Shown here one piece after another: positions 8,260-17,003 of a DNA stretch of 64,000 nt. The notes under the pieces were generated by a model, which saw only the letters and a program-made list of their open reading frames with translations, had not been told where the DNA came from and searched no databases. How positions within the stretch are numbered: the stretch's first letter is position 1; every line of letters begins with the position of its first letter. The translations under genes were made by a program, and so were the position numbers. This stretch comes from Polyangiaceae bacterium. Its GTDB lineage: Bacteria; Myxococcota_A; Polyangia; Polyangiales; Polyangiaceae. Location of the stretch: contig JBILLK010000016.1 in assembly GCA_044376115.1 (NCBI GenBank), positions 1-64,000 of the forward strand, in the 5' to 3' direction.

Positions 8260-11200
8260 TCAGCCCTCGCTCGCGGCCGCTTCAACAACGTTCAAGACGT
8301 TGTGGCCCAAGCCGGAAGCGATGAGCCACGCCCGCTCGCCCGGCAAGCGTTGGGCCTGCAGAAAGGGCCACGGGCCGCTGAGCAAATGCCTGCCGGTTGC
8401 GTTAACCAGCGCGCACTCAAGCGCTGAAAGACCCAACTCGCGGCCGAGCGCCGAGCGACCGCTCACGAGAAATTCTGGCGCCTCCTCATTCGTCGACGGC
8501 TCGTTCGCGGCCTCGCCCTCGGCGAGCGGGAGCGGAAGCCTTTGCTGCGTTACCGCTCCGCCGAGCGCGCTCAAGAGCTCGAGCCGGCCCGCCGTGAAGC
8601 GAAGATCGAGCAGCTCGCCCTCGAACCGCAGTTCGCCCAAGGTTCGCAGGTCGCCGGTGGCAAAGACGCTCACCGTGCGATCGCTGCAGACCGCTGCGAG
8701 CAGGCGCTCGTCGTCGGAAGGGTGTAGCGAGCCGACGCTGGCCGCGAGCGTGACCGAGCCCACTTCGCGCGTCCCGAGCAGGCTCCAAAGTCGCACCGTG
8801 AAGTCGCGCGCGCCCGACACCACGAGCCCGCTTTTCGCGAGGAACAACGCGCTCGTGATCGCCGCGCTATGGCCTTTGAATTCGGCCGCCCGACGCAGGC
8901 GCTCGGCGGTTCTGCGGAAGAGCGTAAGCTGGCCGTCCTGGGCGCCTGCGACCACCATGCGGCTGGTCAACGCCAGCGCCGCAACGCTCGTGTCGAAGGC
9001 GCGCTCACGCAGCTTGCTGCGACCCTCGGCGCGCACGAAGAGCTCGACGTTGCCATCGTGGTAGCCAAGCGCGAATTCGTCCCCGCGCGGTGAAGTCGAC
9101 ATGCAGTTGATGCGCCTGTTGGGCTGCTCCGCTTCGGTCGGTTGTGCGCTCGCGAGCTCGTGCGAGCGGGCGGTGCGATCGGTTCCGGCGCTCCAGAGCG
9201 TCTGCTTGGGCCCGAAGGCCAAGCTGTTGATCCAACCTTCGTGCGCAAGGAGCGAGTGCGTGTGCACCAGCGCTCCACCCGCGCGGCTCACGAGCTGCAG
9301 CTTGCCGCTGCTGCCCGCGCAAGCAATGCCAACCGCGCGCTGCGCCTCCGATGGCTCCCTGTCGAAGGCGGCTGCAAAAAGATGCTCGCTCGCAAAGCTC
9401 AGCTCGCCGCGCAGCTCGAGCCTGGGCGCGCCCAAAACTGAGCTCGTGGCAAGCCATTGCAATACGCCGTCGTGCCGCGCGACAAGCCATTCGCCCGCGT
9501 GATGGTCGACGGCCCATACGCTGCTCTCCAATTGTGACTCAACGCGCTCGTGGGCGGCCTCGCCCCCGCGGAACTTCGAGCTGGAGGCGAACAGGCTAAG
9601 CCCGCCGCGGGAGCAGCCCACGAGCAACAGCTCCTCATCGAGCGCAAGGCACGTCACTTCGGCGTGGGCCTGGCCCTGCCACAAAAGCTCGCGGCTCGGT
9701 GAGTAGACGCGCACACAACCGTTGCGCGCGCCGGTTGCGAGGTTGCCTTCGGGTGAGAACGCGATCCCCCAAACCGGAGCACCGTGCGCGAGCTTTGCGA
9801 TCTCCTCGCCGCTTGCGGCGTCGAGCAGCAGCGCGTGCTCATCGGTGCCGCACGCGAGCGTTCGACCATCGGGTGAAAACGCGACCGCCAGCGCCCGCCG
9901 CGAACTGACCGTGATGCACGCGAGCTCAGCACCGGTCATGGCGTCCCACCGTCGCAGCGTGCCGTCGGCCGAGCAGGTCGCTACGGTGCCGCCGTCCGGG
10001 CTCAGCGCCAGACTCAATACCTCGGCGCCGTGCGCGCGGAGCAGCAACGCCGGCTGGCCTGCTCGGGCCGCATCACGGTGAAGCGCTCGCAGCCAAGGCC
10101 GAGTGGCGGTGGGGCCTTCGATCCCTTCGAGCGAAAGCACGCTGCGTAGCGCCTCGGGCCGCTCGGCCAAGAGCGCACCATGCCTGCGCAAAGCGTCGAA
10201 GTGTGCCGACTCAACCAACGCGAGGTCGGCCAGTACCTCGGGCAGGAGCCCCGCCTGAAGCCGCGCCTCGAGGCCGTTCACGTCTTCCGCGAGCGCGCGG
10301 GCCGCGGCTCGTTCGTCGGCCTGCCACAGATGGCGGACGTGATGCCGCTGCGCATAGCCATCCTGGTTGCGCGCGCACACAGCTGCGAACGCGCGGTGGA
10401 GTCGGCGAACGTCGTCGCTGCCGAGCACGCTCGTGTGCAAAAATTCGGCGAGGCCGCCGTGCCAAAGCCGCAGCTCCCCCGACTCCGCGCGTTCAATCCC
10501 GGCGCTCAAATTCTCGAGCGCGGCGCGACAATCACGCAGGCTCGCGGCGCTCGGCGAGAGTTGCGCGAGCACCTCGTGGACACGCTCGAGTCGAATCGGC
10601 TCGGCGGCGAGCGCGAGCACTTCGCTCAGTCGCTGCGTGAGCTCACCTCCTGCGTCGCGTGCTTCGAGCAGCAACCCTTCGAACAAAGCCTCATTCGAGG
10701 CGGCCACCGCTGCCTGCGAGAAGTCGTCATCACGCGCCCAGCGGTTCAAACTTCGGACCACGAGCAGCGGACTTCCGCCGGTGGTCTCGTGCAGCTGCGC
10801 GAGCTGCTCCACGCTCGGCTTGCGCGTGCGCTCGTTGAAGCGGGCTGCCGCGACGAGCTCGGTTTCGCTCCGCGAAAAGGGCGGCAAGCCAAGCTCGAAT
10901 AGCGCGGGCAGGCGCATCCGCAGGCTGGTCAGCAGCGAGAGCCGCGGCCGCCCCGAAAGCACGAACAGCACGCGGGCCGGCAAATGGGCGGGGAGAAAGG
11001 AGAGCGCTCGCTGCGCGTTATCGAGCTCATCGAGCCCGTCGAGCACGAGCAGCACCTGCTCGCGCTCTTCGCTCAACCGCTCGAGCGCCCGCACCAGCTC
11101 ATTCGTGAGATCGTCGGCGGAGGCCGCGTGCAACGCGTCGAGCGCAGCCGCGGAGCTCGCGTGCGAGGTCTTCGCCAGGGTCTGTCGAATCAGCGCCGCG

Positions 11201-11508
11201 ATGAAGCGCTGCGGCTCCTTGTGGCTCTTCACGAAGTGAAAGGGCGCATCAAAGCGGCGCGAAAGTTCGGCGAGCAACGCTGATTTCCCCGAGCCCGGCC
11301 CGCCCAGGACCACCGCGTAGCCGCTGCGCTGCCTCTCCTCCTGCTCGCGGAGCAACGTGGCAATCGCTTGCTCACGCCCGCAGAATTGAGCCACGTGGGC
11401 GTCGCGTTCGGCTCGCGCATGGGGCAGCGCGTGATCGTTTGCTTGCGTCACCCGGCGAGTGGACGGGGCTGCGGCTGGTTCGTCAACCGCCCGTTCAGCG
11501 CCCACCAA
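8260..11508 (-). CDS. STAND (NACHT/AAA_16-like) NTPase with C-terminal WD40 repeats
   Basis: FCGRE, Walker A GGPGSGKS, Walker B LLVLDGLDEL, GGSPL, and several WD repeats (ATCSADGTLRRWD, VSGARDFTVRLWS). Confidence 0.85.
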   Translation of the reverse strand: MVGAERAVDEPAAAPSTRRVTQANDHALPHARAERDAHVAQFCGREQAIATLLREQEERQRSGYAVVLGGPGSGKSALLAELSRRFDAPFHFVKSHKEPQRFIAALIRQTLAKTSHASSAAALDALHAASADDLTNELVRALERLSEEREQVLLVLDGLDELDNAQRALSFLPAHLPARVLFVLSGRPRLSLLTSLRMRLPALFELGLPPFSRSETELVAAARFNERTRKPSVEQLAQLHETTGGSPLLVVRSLNRWARDDDFSQAAVAASNEALFEGLLLEARDAGGELTQRLSEVLALAAEPIRLERVHEVLAQLSPSAASLRDCRAALENLSAGIERAESGELRLWHGGLAEFLHTSVLGSDDVRRLHRAFAAVCARNQDGYAQRHHVRHLWQADERAAARALAEDVNGLEARLQAGLLPEVLADLALVESAHFDALRRHGALLAERPEALRSVLSLEGIEGPTATRPWLRALHRDAARAGQPALLLRAHGAEVLSLALSPDGGTVATCSADGTLRRWDAMTGAELACITVSSRRALAVAFSPDGRTLACGTDEHALLLDAASGEEIAKLAHGAPVWGIAFSPEGNLATGARNGCVRVYSPSRELLWQGQAHAEVTCLALDEELLLVGCSRGGLSLFASSSKFRGGEAAHERVESQLESSVWAVDHHAGEWLVARHDGVLQWLATSSVLGAPRLELRGELSFASEHLFAAAFDREPSEAQRAVGIACAGSSGKLQLVSRAGGALVHTHSLLAHEGWINSLAFGPKQTLWSAGTDRTARSHELASAQPTEAEQPNRRINCMSTSPRGDEFALGYHDGNVELFVRAEGRSKLRERAFDTSVAALALTSRMVVAGAQDGQLTLFRRTAERLRRAAEFKGHSAAITSALFLAKSGLVVSGARDFTVRLWSLLGTREVGSVTLAASVGSLHPSDDERLLAAVCSDRTVSVFATGDLRTLGELRFEGELLDLRFTAGRLELLSALGGAVTQQRLPLPLAEGEAANEPSTNEEAPEFLVSGRSALGRELGLSALECALVNATGRHLLSGPWPFLQAQRLPGERAWLIASGLGHNVLNVVEAAASEG

Positions 11509-11558
11509 GGCTGGTCGTCAGTTGGCCGGATCGCGATCGGCGTGCTAGCGCAAGGGGG

Positions 11559-12458
11559 ATGTACCGCCGTTCTGTGATGCTTGCAGCGCTGGCCGGGCTT
11601 TTCGGCCTCACGGTTGCGGGCGTCGCCGAGAGCGCGCCGGAGGAGAACCCTCCGCCCGGGTCGATGGTGGAGCTCCACCCCAAGAGCGCGCCCTTCCCGA
11701 CGAAGGACAGCACCTACAAGGACGACACCGTCCTCGCCTTCATCCCGGAGCACTTCAAGTTCCCGGCCAGCGGCAAGGTGGACGTGATCGTTCACTTCCA
11801 CGGTCACAAGGGCACCGCGCACCGGGCGATTCGCGGCCACATGCTTCGTGAGCAGCTCAACAAGAGCAAGCAGAACGCCATCCTGGTCGTGCCGCAGGGC
11901 CCGGTGATGGCCTCCGACGGTGACTTCGGCAAGTTGATGCGGAAGAACGGCCTGTCCAAGCTCCTGAACGAGGTGCTCGGCTCGCTCGACAAGGGCGACA
12001 AGCTCGGTGGCAGCGGCAAACCGAAGCTCGGCCGCGTGATCGTTTCGGCGCATTCCGGTGGCTATCGCGCGGCAGCGATGGCGATCAAACACGGCGGCGT
12101 GGATCTGCGCGAGGTCTACCTGTTCGACGCGCTTTACGGTGAGCTCGAGCAGTTTGAGGCCTTCGCAGCCAAAAAGAAGAAGCTCGTTAGCTACTTCGTC
12201 GGCGGTGAGCCGATGACCAACAGCTTGGCCCTCGCCGATACCCTGAAGGGCCGGGGCGTGAAGGTGCTGGTGGAGAGCGGTGACGTGCGGCTCGATCGCG
12301 AGGACCTGGTGAAGGGGAAAGCCTTGTTCCTGCGCGGTCGGGCCAGCCACGGCACGGCGACGTTTGAAGAAGGCGCGCTGCGAGACTGCCTGTTGGCCAG
12401 CTGCCTCAAAGGCAACGGAACCAAAGACTGGCATCAGCAAAAGGACAAGAAGCGCTAG
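11559..12458 (+). CDS. Secreted alpha/beta-hydrolase-fold protein
   Basis: Signal peptide, VIVHFHG, nucleophile elbow SAHSGG, YLFDALYG, late His (ASHG). Start re-chosen after the GGGGG RBS. Confidence 0.7.
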   Translation: MYRRSVMLAALAGLFGLTVAGVAESAPEENPPPGSMVELHPKSAPFPTKDSTYKDDTVLAFIPEHFKFPASGKVDVIVHFHGHKGTAHRAIRGHMLREQLNKSKQNAILVVPQGPVMASDGDFGKLMRKNGLSKLLNEVLGSLDKGDKLGGSGKPKLGRVIVSAHSGGYRAAAMAIKHGGVDLREVYLFDALYGELEQFEAFAAKKKKLVSYFVGGEPMTNSLALADTLKGRGVKVLVESGDVRLDREDLVKGKALFLRGRASHGTATFEEGALRDCLLASCLKGNGTKDWHQQKDKKR

Positions 12459-12816
12459 CCGCCCTCTTGCGAGTCGGCCGCCCCCGTCCCCCCGAAGCTG
12501 TCCCCCGAAACCGAACCGCAGCTAGATCAGTCGCCGACGTCCGGAGTCGCTCGGGCGCTCCTTCAAATCCACGACAACCAACAGGACCGTGAGGCAAATG
12601 ACGATCGCCAAAAGCATGCTCGTTCTCTCGCTCCACAGAAACCAGCGGGCCAAATTCTGTGCAGATTAATGGCGAAAAAGGTGAGGGTTTTGCCCACATC
12701 CCAGATCTCAAGGCGTCAGCGGGCCCGAGATCGTCAATCGGCCCGCGCTACGCCTTCGATGGGCTGTATCAACCTTTGGTTGAATGCCCTCCCTTCGCAC
12801 TGCATCGGAAACGGGG

Positions 12817-13506
12817 ATGGCGCAGCAAGCATCGGCCCTTCAGACCTCTGCCAAAGAAATCAGCGTGGATGGCCTTCGCGGCCGCCCGGCTGTTAGTCTC
12901 GTGACCGTGCAAGCTGACGTGAATGACGTGCTCGAGAAGGCCAAGGCGGGAGACCGCGAGGCCTTTCGTGAGCTGTTCCGGCGTCACCGTTCGGACGTTG
13001 CACGGCTCGCCTACCGAATGTTGGGCAACCAGACCGACCTCGAGGACGTGATCCAAGAGGTCTTTCTGCAGGTCCACCGCAGCCTCGCGGATTTTCGCGG
13101 CCAGTCGAAGTTCTCGACCTGGTTACATCGCGTCACCGTGAACGTGGTGCTGATGAATCGGCGAGCCGCGCGGTCGCGGCCTGTTTTCGCCCCTGAGGCG
13201 ATCAGCGATGAAGAGGTTGAAGGCGGTCACCGCCCGGATGAAGAGGCCTCGCGCAACGAGCGGATGGCCGCCTTCCGCCGCGTGCTCGAAAAGCTGCCCG
13301 AAAAGAAGCGGACGGTGTTCGTCCTGCATGAAATTGAAGGCCTGCTCCCGGCCGAGATCGCTGAGATGGTGGATGCTCCGGTGCTCACCGTGCGAACCCG
13401 CTTGTTCTACGCCCGCCGTGAACTGTGCGAGCTGATGCGCGCCGAGCCGAGCCTGGTGCATCTCGCGAAGACCCTGACCGAAGATCGCGAGGCCGGCCGT
13501 GAGTGA
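12817..13506 (+). CDS. ECF RNA polymerase sigma factor
   Basis: Region 2 (EDVIQEVFL...KFSTWLHRV) and region 4 (LPEKKRTVFVLHEIEGL...EIAE...TVRTRLFYAR). Start uncertain. Confidence 0.92.
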   Translation: MAQQASALQTSAKEISVDGLRGRPAVSLVTVQADVNDVLEKAKAGDREAFRELFRRHRSDVARLAYRMLGNQTDLEDVIQEVFLQVHRSLADFRGQSKFSTWLHRVTVNVVLMNRRAARSRPVFAPEAISDEEVEGGHRPDEEASRNERMAAFRRVLEKLPEKKRTVFVLHEIEGLLPAEIAEMVDAPVLTVRTRLFYARRELCELMRAEPSLVHLAKTLTEDREAGRE

Positions 13507-14803
13507 GGAATCTCGAGATTCGAGCCCGGACGCGCGGGTCCTGCGGCACTTGGTAAAGGAGTACGAGGCGGAGACGCCGCCGCAACTCGATTGGGACAAG
13601 CTGGAATCCCGGCTCTTTGCTTCGCTGGACAACGCGCCGGTTGGGCGCGGTGAAGCAGGCGGCGAGCGCGAGAGCGTGCTGGACGCTGCAGAGCTCGGCC
13701 GCAAGTCGGTTACGCCAGCGGCCCAAGTTCAAGACCGGCCGTCTTTGTTCGCACCCCAGGCGAAGGCCAAGAAGCAGCCTGTGTACCTCTACGCTGCCGC
13801 CGCTTTTCTCGCCGCCGCAGGCATCTTCGGTTTGCTGGCGGTGCGTTATCGCTCGTTGCAACAGCCGGCTCCCACGTTTGCGGTCAAAGAGGTGGTGGAC
13901 CCAGCGTCGATCCCCGAGGCGCCCGGGATGTCCGGGTATCGTGAACTGGGCGCGCTCAAGTCGGGAGACGTCGTGGAGGCGTCGGTGGGCGCTGTTGCGT
14001 TCGGTCAGCGCGGCGCCGTGGAGTGGACGTTGGCTGCTGGCAGTCGGCTCGTCGTCAAGACGCCGATGGGCGCTGAGAACGTGCACGTCGTCGAGCTCGA
14101 CAGCGGCTCGGTGAAGGGGCGCGTTCACGAGCAGTCGGCCGTTCGTTTCGTGGTGACGGCCGGGGAGACCGAGGTCGTCTCCTTCAGTGAAGGCGCTGTG
14201 TTCACCGTGACGCGGTCCTCCAAGCGCATCGTGGTCCATATGGAGGAAGGCGTTGCCACCGTCGGCAAGCGCAACTCCACGGAAGATCCGCATCGCATTG
14301 AAGCGCCGGTTCACGCGGCGTTGGCGCTCGACGGCGTCAGCGGCTTTGAGATCGTCCCGACCGAGACGGTGGAGGCCTCAACCACGCCCAAGTCGGAAGC
14401 GAGCCCGATGGACGCGGCACCCGAGGTGACAACGCCAACGGCCAAGCCGAGCCAGCCGGAGGTCCCCAGCGCGCCGGCCGTCAAGACCGGGGCCGCCTCC
14501 GCGACCAGCGCTGCGCCGGTGGAGACGCCGGTCGTCAAACGCGGCTCGCTCTCGGCGGCCACAGCCTCAGTGCTGGCGTGCATGAACCAAGCGCGGGCCA
14601 AGCAGCGTGAAGAGTCCAAGTCCGACGTCAAGGTGACCGTCTCCTCGACGCTCAAGGTCAGCGTCGACGCGGACGGCAAGGTGAAAGGCCTTTCTTTCAG
14701 CCCGCCGCTTGCGCCGGCCTTGCAGAATTGCGGTGTTTCACTGTTCGGGACGACGTTTGAGCCCGGTGAACGAACCGAGCTGATCCCGGTTCAGCTGCAG
14801 TAG
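13499..14803 (+). CDS. Single-pass anti-sigma factor, FecR-like
   Basis: Overlaps the ECF stop. One TM helix, beta-rich FecR-like region (VELDSGSV, FVVTAG, FTV...VHMEEG), Pro/Ala linker. Confidence 0.7.
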   Translation: MSEESRDSSPDARVLRHLVKEYEAETPPQLDWDKLESRLFASLDNAPVGRGEAGGERESVLDAAELGRKSVTPAAQVQDRPSLFAPQAKAKKQPVYLYAAAAFLAAAGIFGLLAVRYRSLQQPAPTFAVKEVVDPASIPEAPGMSGYRELGALKSGDVVEASVGAVAFGQRGAVEWTLAAGSRLVVKTPMGAENVHVVELDSGSVKGRVHEQSAVRFVVTAGETEVVSFSEGAVFTVTRSSKRIVVHMEEGVATVGKRNSTEDPHRIEAPVHAALALDGVSGFEIVPTETVEASTTPKSEASPMDAAPEVTTPTAKPSQPEVPSAPAVKTGAASATSAAPVETPVVKRGSLSAATASVLACMNQARAKQREESKSDVKVTVSSTLKVSVDADGKVKGLSFSPPLAPALQNCGVSLFGTTFEPGERTELIPVQLQ

Positions 14804-14822
14804 CCGAGCGCAGCCGCGCAGC

Positions 14823-14852
14823 ACCTTCCACTGCGCAACCTTCCACTGCGCA
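14823..14852. repeat. Perfect 15-bp tandem direct repeat (ACCTTCCACTGCGCA x2)
   Basis: Read directly in the intergenic gap upstream of 14895. Confidence 0.9.
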
Positions 14853-14894
14853 ATCGCTCTTTTCGCGCCATCAAAACTTAGGCAGAACGCGAAC

Positions 14895-15437
14895 ATGGCG
14901 CACACGATCGAGGTAGCGAAGTCCGGGCGAGCCGCCTGCCGCAGCTGTCGAAAGCCGATTGCTAAAGGGGAATTGCGCTTCGGCGAGGAGACGGTCAACG
15001 CCTTCGCCGAAGGCGACATGACCTATCGCTGGCATCACCTCAAGTGCGCCGCCTCCAAGCTCAGCGCCGAGCTGCGTGAGGCCCTCACCGCCTTCGCGGG
15101 GGAGGTACCCGAGCGTGAAGAGATCGAAGGCTTGATGGCCAAAGCGGACGCCGCGAAGCCGCCTCCGTTCCCGCACGCCGACAAGGCGCCGACCGGCCGC
15201 GCCAAGTGCCTCGGCTGCAGCGAGAGCCTGCCGAAGGGCGCGCTGCGCGTGGTGATCGAGCGCGAGATCGAGCGCGGCATGTCGGTGACCAAAGGCGCCG
15301 GCTATCTCCATCCGAAGTGTGCGGCCGGCTACGTTGAAAGTCAGGGCGGCTCGCATGAAGAGCTCACCACCGGGCTTCGGCAGAACACCCGTGATCTGAG
15401 CGAGAGCGAGCTCGATCAGCTCTTCGCTGAGGTCTAG
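14895..15437 (+). CDS. Protein with two PARP-type zinc fingers
   Basis: IEVAKSGRAACRSC...IAKGELRFG...WHHLKC and KAPTGRAKCLGC...LPKGALRV...YLHPKC, both CxxC...HxxC. Confidence 0.85.
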   Translation: MAHTIEVAKSGRAACRSCRKPIAKGELRFGEETVNAFAEGDMTYRWHHLKCAASKLSAELREALTAFAGEVPEREEIEGLMAKADAAKPPPFPHADKAPTGRAKCLGCSESLPKGALRVVIEREIERGMSVTKGAGYLHPKCAAGYVESQGGSHEELTTGLRQNTRDLSESELDQLFAEV

Positions 15438-15441
15438 TCGC

Positions 15442-16593
15442 TTGCCGCGCCGCCCCACGACCAACCTCGCCGGCCTCGGTACGACCATCTTCGAGACCAT
15501 GTCGCGGCTCGCTGAAGCGAGTGGTGCCATCAACCTTGGGCAGGGCTTCCCCGATGAAGGCGGTCCCGAGGGCGTGATCGCTGAGGCCGTGCGCACTTTG
15601 CGCGAGGCCAGCAATCAATACCCACCGATGGCGGGCTTGCTCGCGTTGCGTTCGGCGATCGCTCGACACGAACTCGAGTTTTACGGCATTGAACGCGACC
15701 CAGCGACTGAGGTGCTGGTGACCTCGGGAGCCACCGAGGCGCTTGCGGCGACGCTGCTTACCTTGGTATCCCCGGGCGATGAGGTGCTGGTCTTCGAGCC
15801 GGTCTACGACTGCTATGTGCCAATGATTCAGCGCGCCGGCGGTGTGGTCGTCCCGGTGCGATTGGCTGGGCCTGACTTTCAATTGACCGAAGCTCGGCTG
15901 CGCGAGCGCTTGAGTGAGCGTCTGCGCGTCATTTTGCTCAACAACCCGCAGAACCCCTCGGGCAAAGTCTTCACGCGTGAAGAGCTCGCGTTGGTCGTCC
16001 GGGTCGCGCAGGAGTACGACGCCATCCTCGTTTGCGACGAGGTGTACGAGCATTTGGTGTTCGGGCCGCATCAACACATCCCTGCGGCTAGCCTCGAGGG
16101 CGCGCGCGACCGCACGCTGAAGATCGGTTCGGCGGGGAAGGTCTTCTCGATGACCGGTTGGAAGGTCGGCTGGGTGACCGGGCCCGCCGAGCTCGTCTCG
16201 GTCGTCGCGCGGGCTCATCAGTATCTGACCTTCACCACCCCGCCCAACCTGCAAGCGGCGGTGGCTTGGGGCCTCACGCACGAGCGCGCTTGGATCGGCG
16301 AGCTCACCCGCTCGCTCGAACAGAAGCGAGACCTCCTAGCGTCGGGGCTGACCGCGCTCGGGTTCACGGTGCTTCCCACCGCGGGCACCTACTTTTTGAA
16401 CCTCGATCTAGCGGGCTCCGAGTGGGCCGGCCGTGACGAGGCGTTTGCCCGTCACTTGACCGAGCAGCTCAAGGTTGCCGCGATCCCGCTACGGTCTTTC
16501 TACGTCGAGTCGCCGTGCTGCGACTTGGTCCGCTTCTGTTTCGCCAAGAAGCATGAAGTCCTGCAGGCGGCGCTGGCGCGGCTCAGCGGTTGA
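15442..16593 (+). CDS. PLP-dependent aminotransferase class I/II (YbdL/DapC-like)
   Basis: INLGQGFPD, VTSGATEAL, NNPQNPSG, DEVYEHL, SAGKVFSMTGWKVG and RFCFAK motifs. Confidence 0.92.
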   Translation: MPRRPTTNLAGLGTTIFETMSRLAEASGAINLGQGFPDEGGPEGVIAEAVRTLREASNQYPPMAGLLALRSAIARHELEFYGIERDPATEVLVTSGATEALAATLLTLVSPGDEVLVFEPVYDCYVPMIQRAGGVVVPVRLAGPDFQLTEARLRERLSERLRVILLNNPQNPSGKVFTREELALVVRVAQEYDAILVCDEVYEHLVFGPHQHIPAASLEGARDRTLKIGSAGKVFSMTGWKVGWVTGPAELVSVVARAHQYLTFTTPPNLQAAVAWGLTHERAWIGELTRSLEQKRDLLASGLTALGFTVLPTAGTYFLNLDLAGSEWAGRDEAFARHLTEQLKVAAIPLRSFYVESPCCDLVRFCFAKKHEVLQAALARLSG

Positions 16594-16625
16594 TGCGAAC
16601 TGGCTCCCGTGAGAACAACGGGGCC

Positions 16626-17000
16626 ATGAAAGCGGAATCGAAGAACGTTCTCGGTGGGCCCCTCGCCGATTGCTCCAAGTCTCCCATGACGGGCTTCTTT
16701 CGCGACGGCTGCTGCAACACCAGTGACGAGGACGCTGGTTCGCACACCGTCTGCTCGGTCGTGACCGCCGACTTCCTGCGCTTCTCCAAGAGCCGCGGTA
16801 ACGACCTATCGACGCCTGCCCCACAATACGGCTTTCCCGGCCTCAAGCCTGGGGACCGCTGGTGCCTTTGCGCCTCCCGCTGGCGAGAGGCGCTCGAGGC
16901 GAAAGCAGCGCCGCTCGTGGTGCTGACGGCCACCCACGAGCGAGCGCTAGAGGTGATATCGCTGGCCGACCTCAAGCGTCACGCCATCGATATGAATTGA
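16626..17000 (+). CDS. DUF2237 family protein
   Basis: NVLGGPL..C...PMTGFFRDGCC, GNDLSTP, PGLKPGDRWCLCA.RW. Confidence 0.9.
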   Translation: MKAESKNVLGGPLADCSKSPMTGFFRDGCCNTSDEDAGSHTVCSVVTADFLRFSKSRGNDLSTPAPQYGFPGLKPGDRWCLCASRWREALEAKAAPLVVLTATHERALEVISLADLKRHAIDMN

Positions 17001-17003
17001 CGG

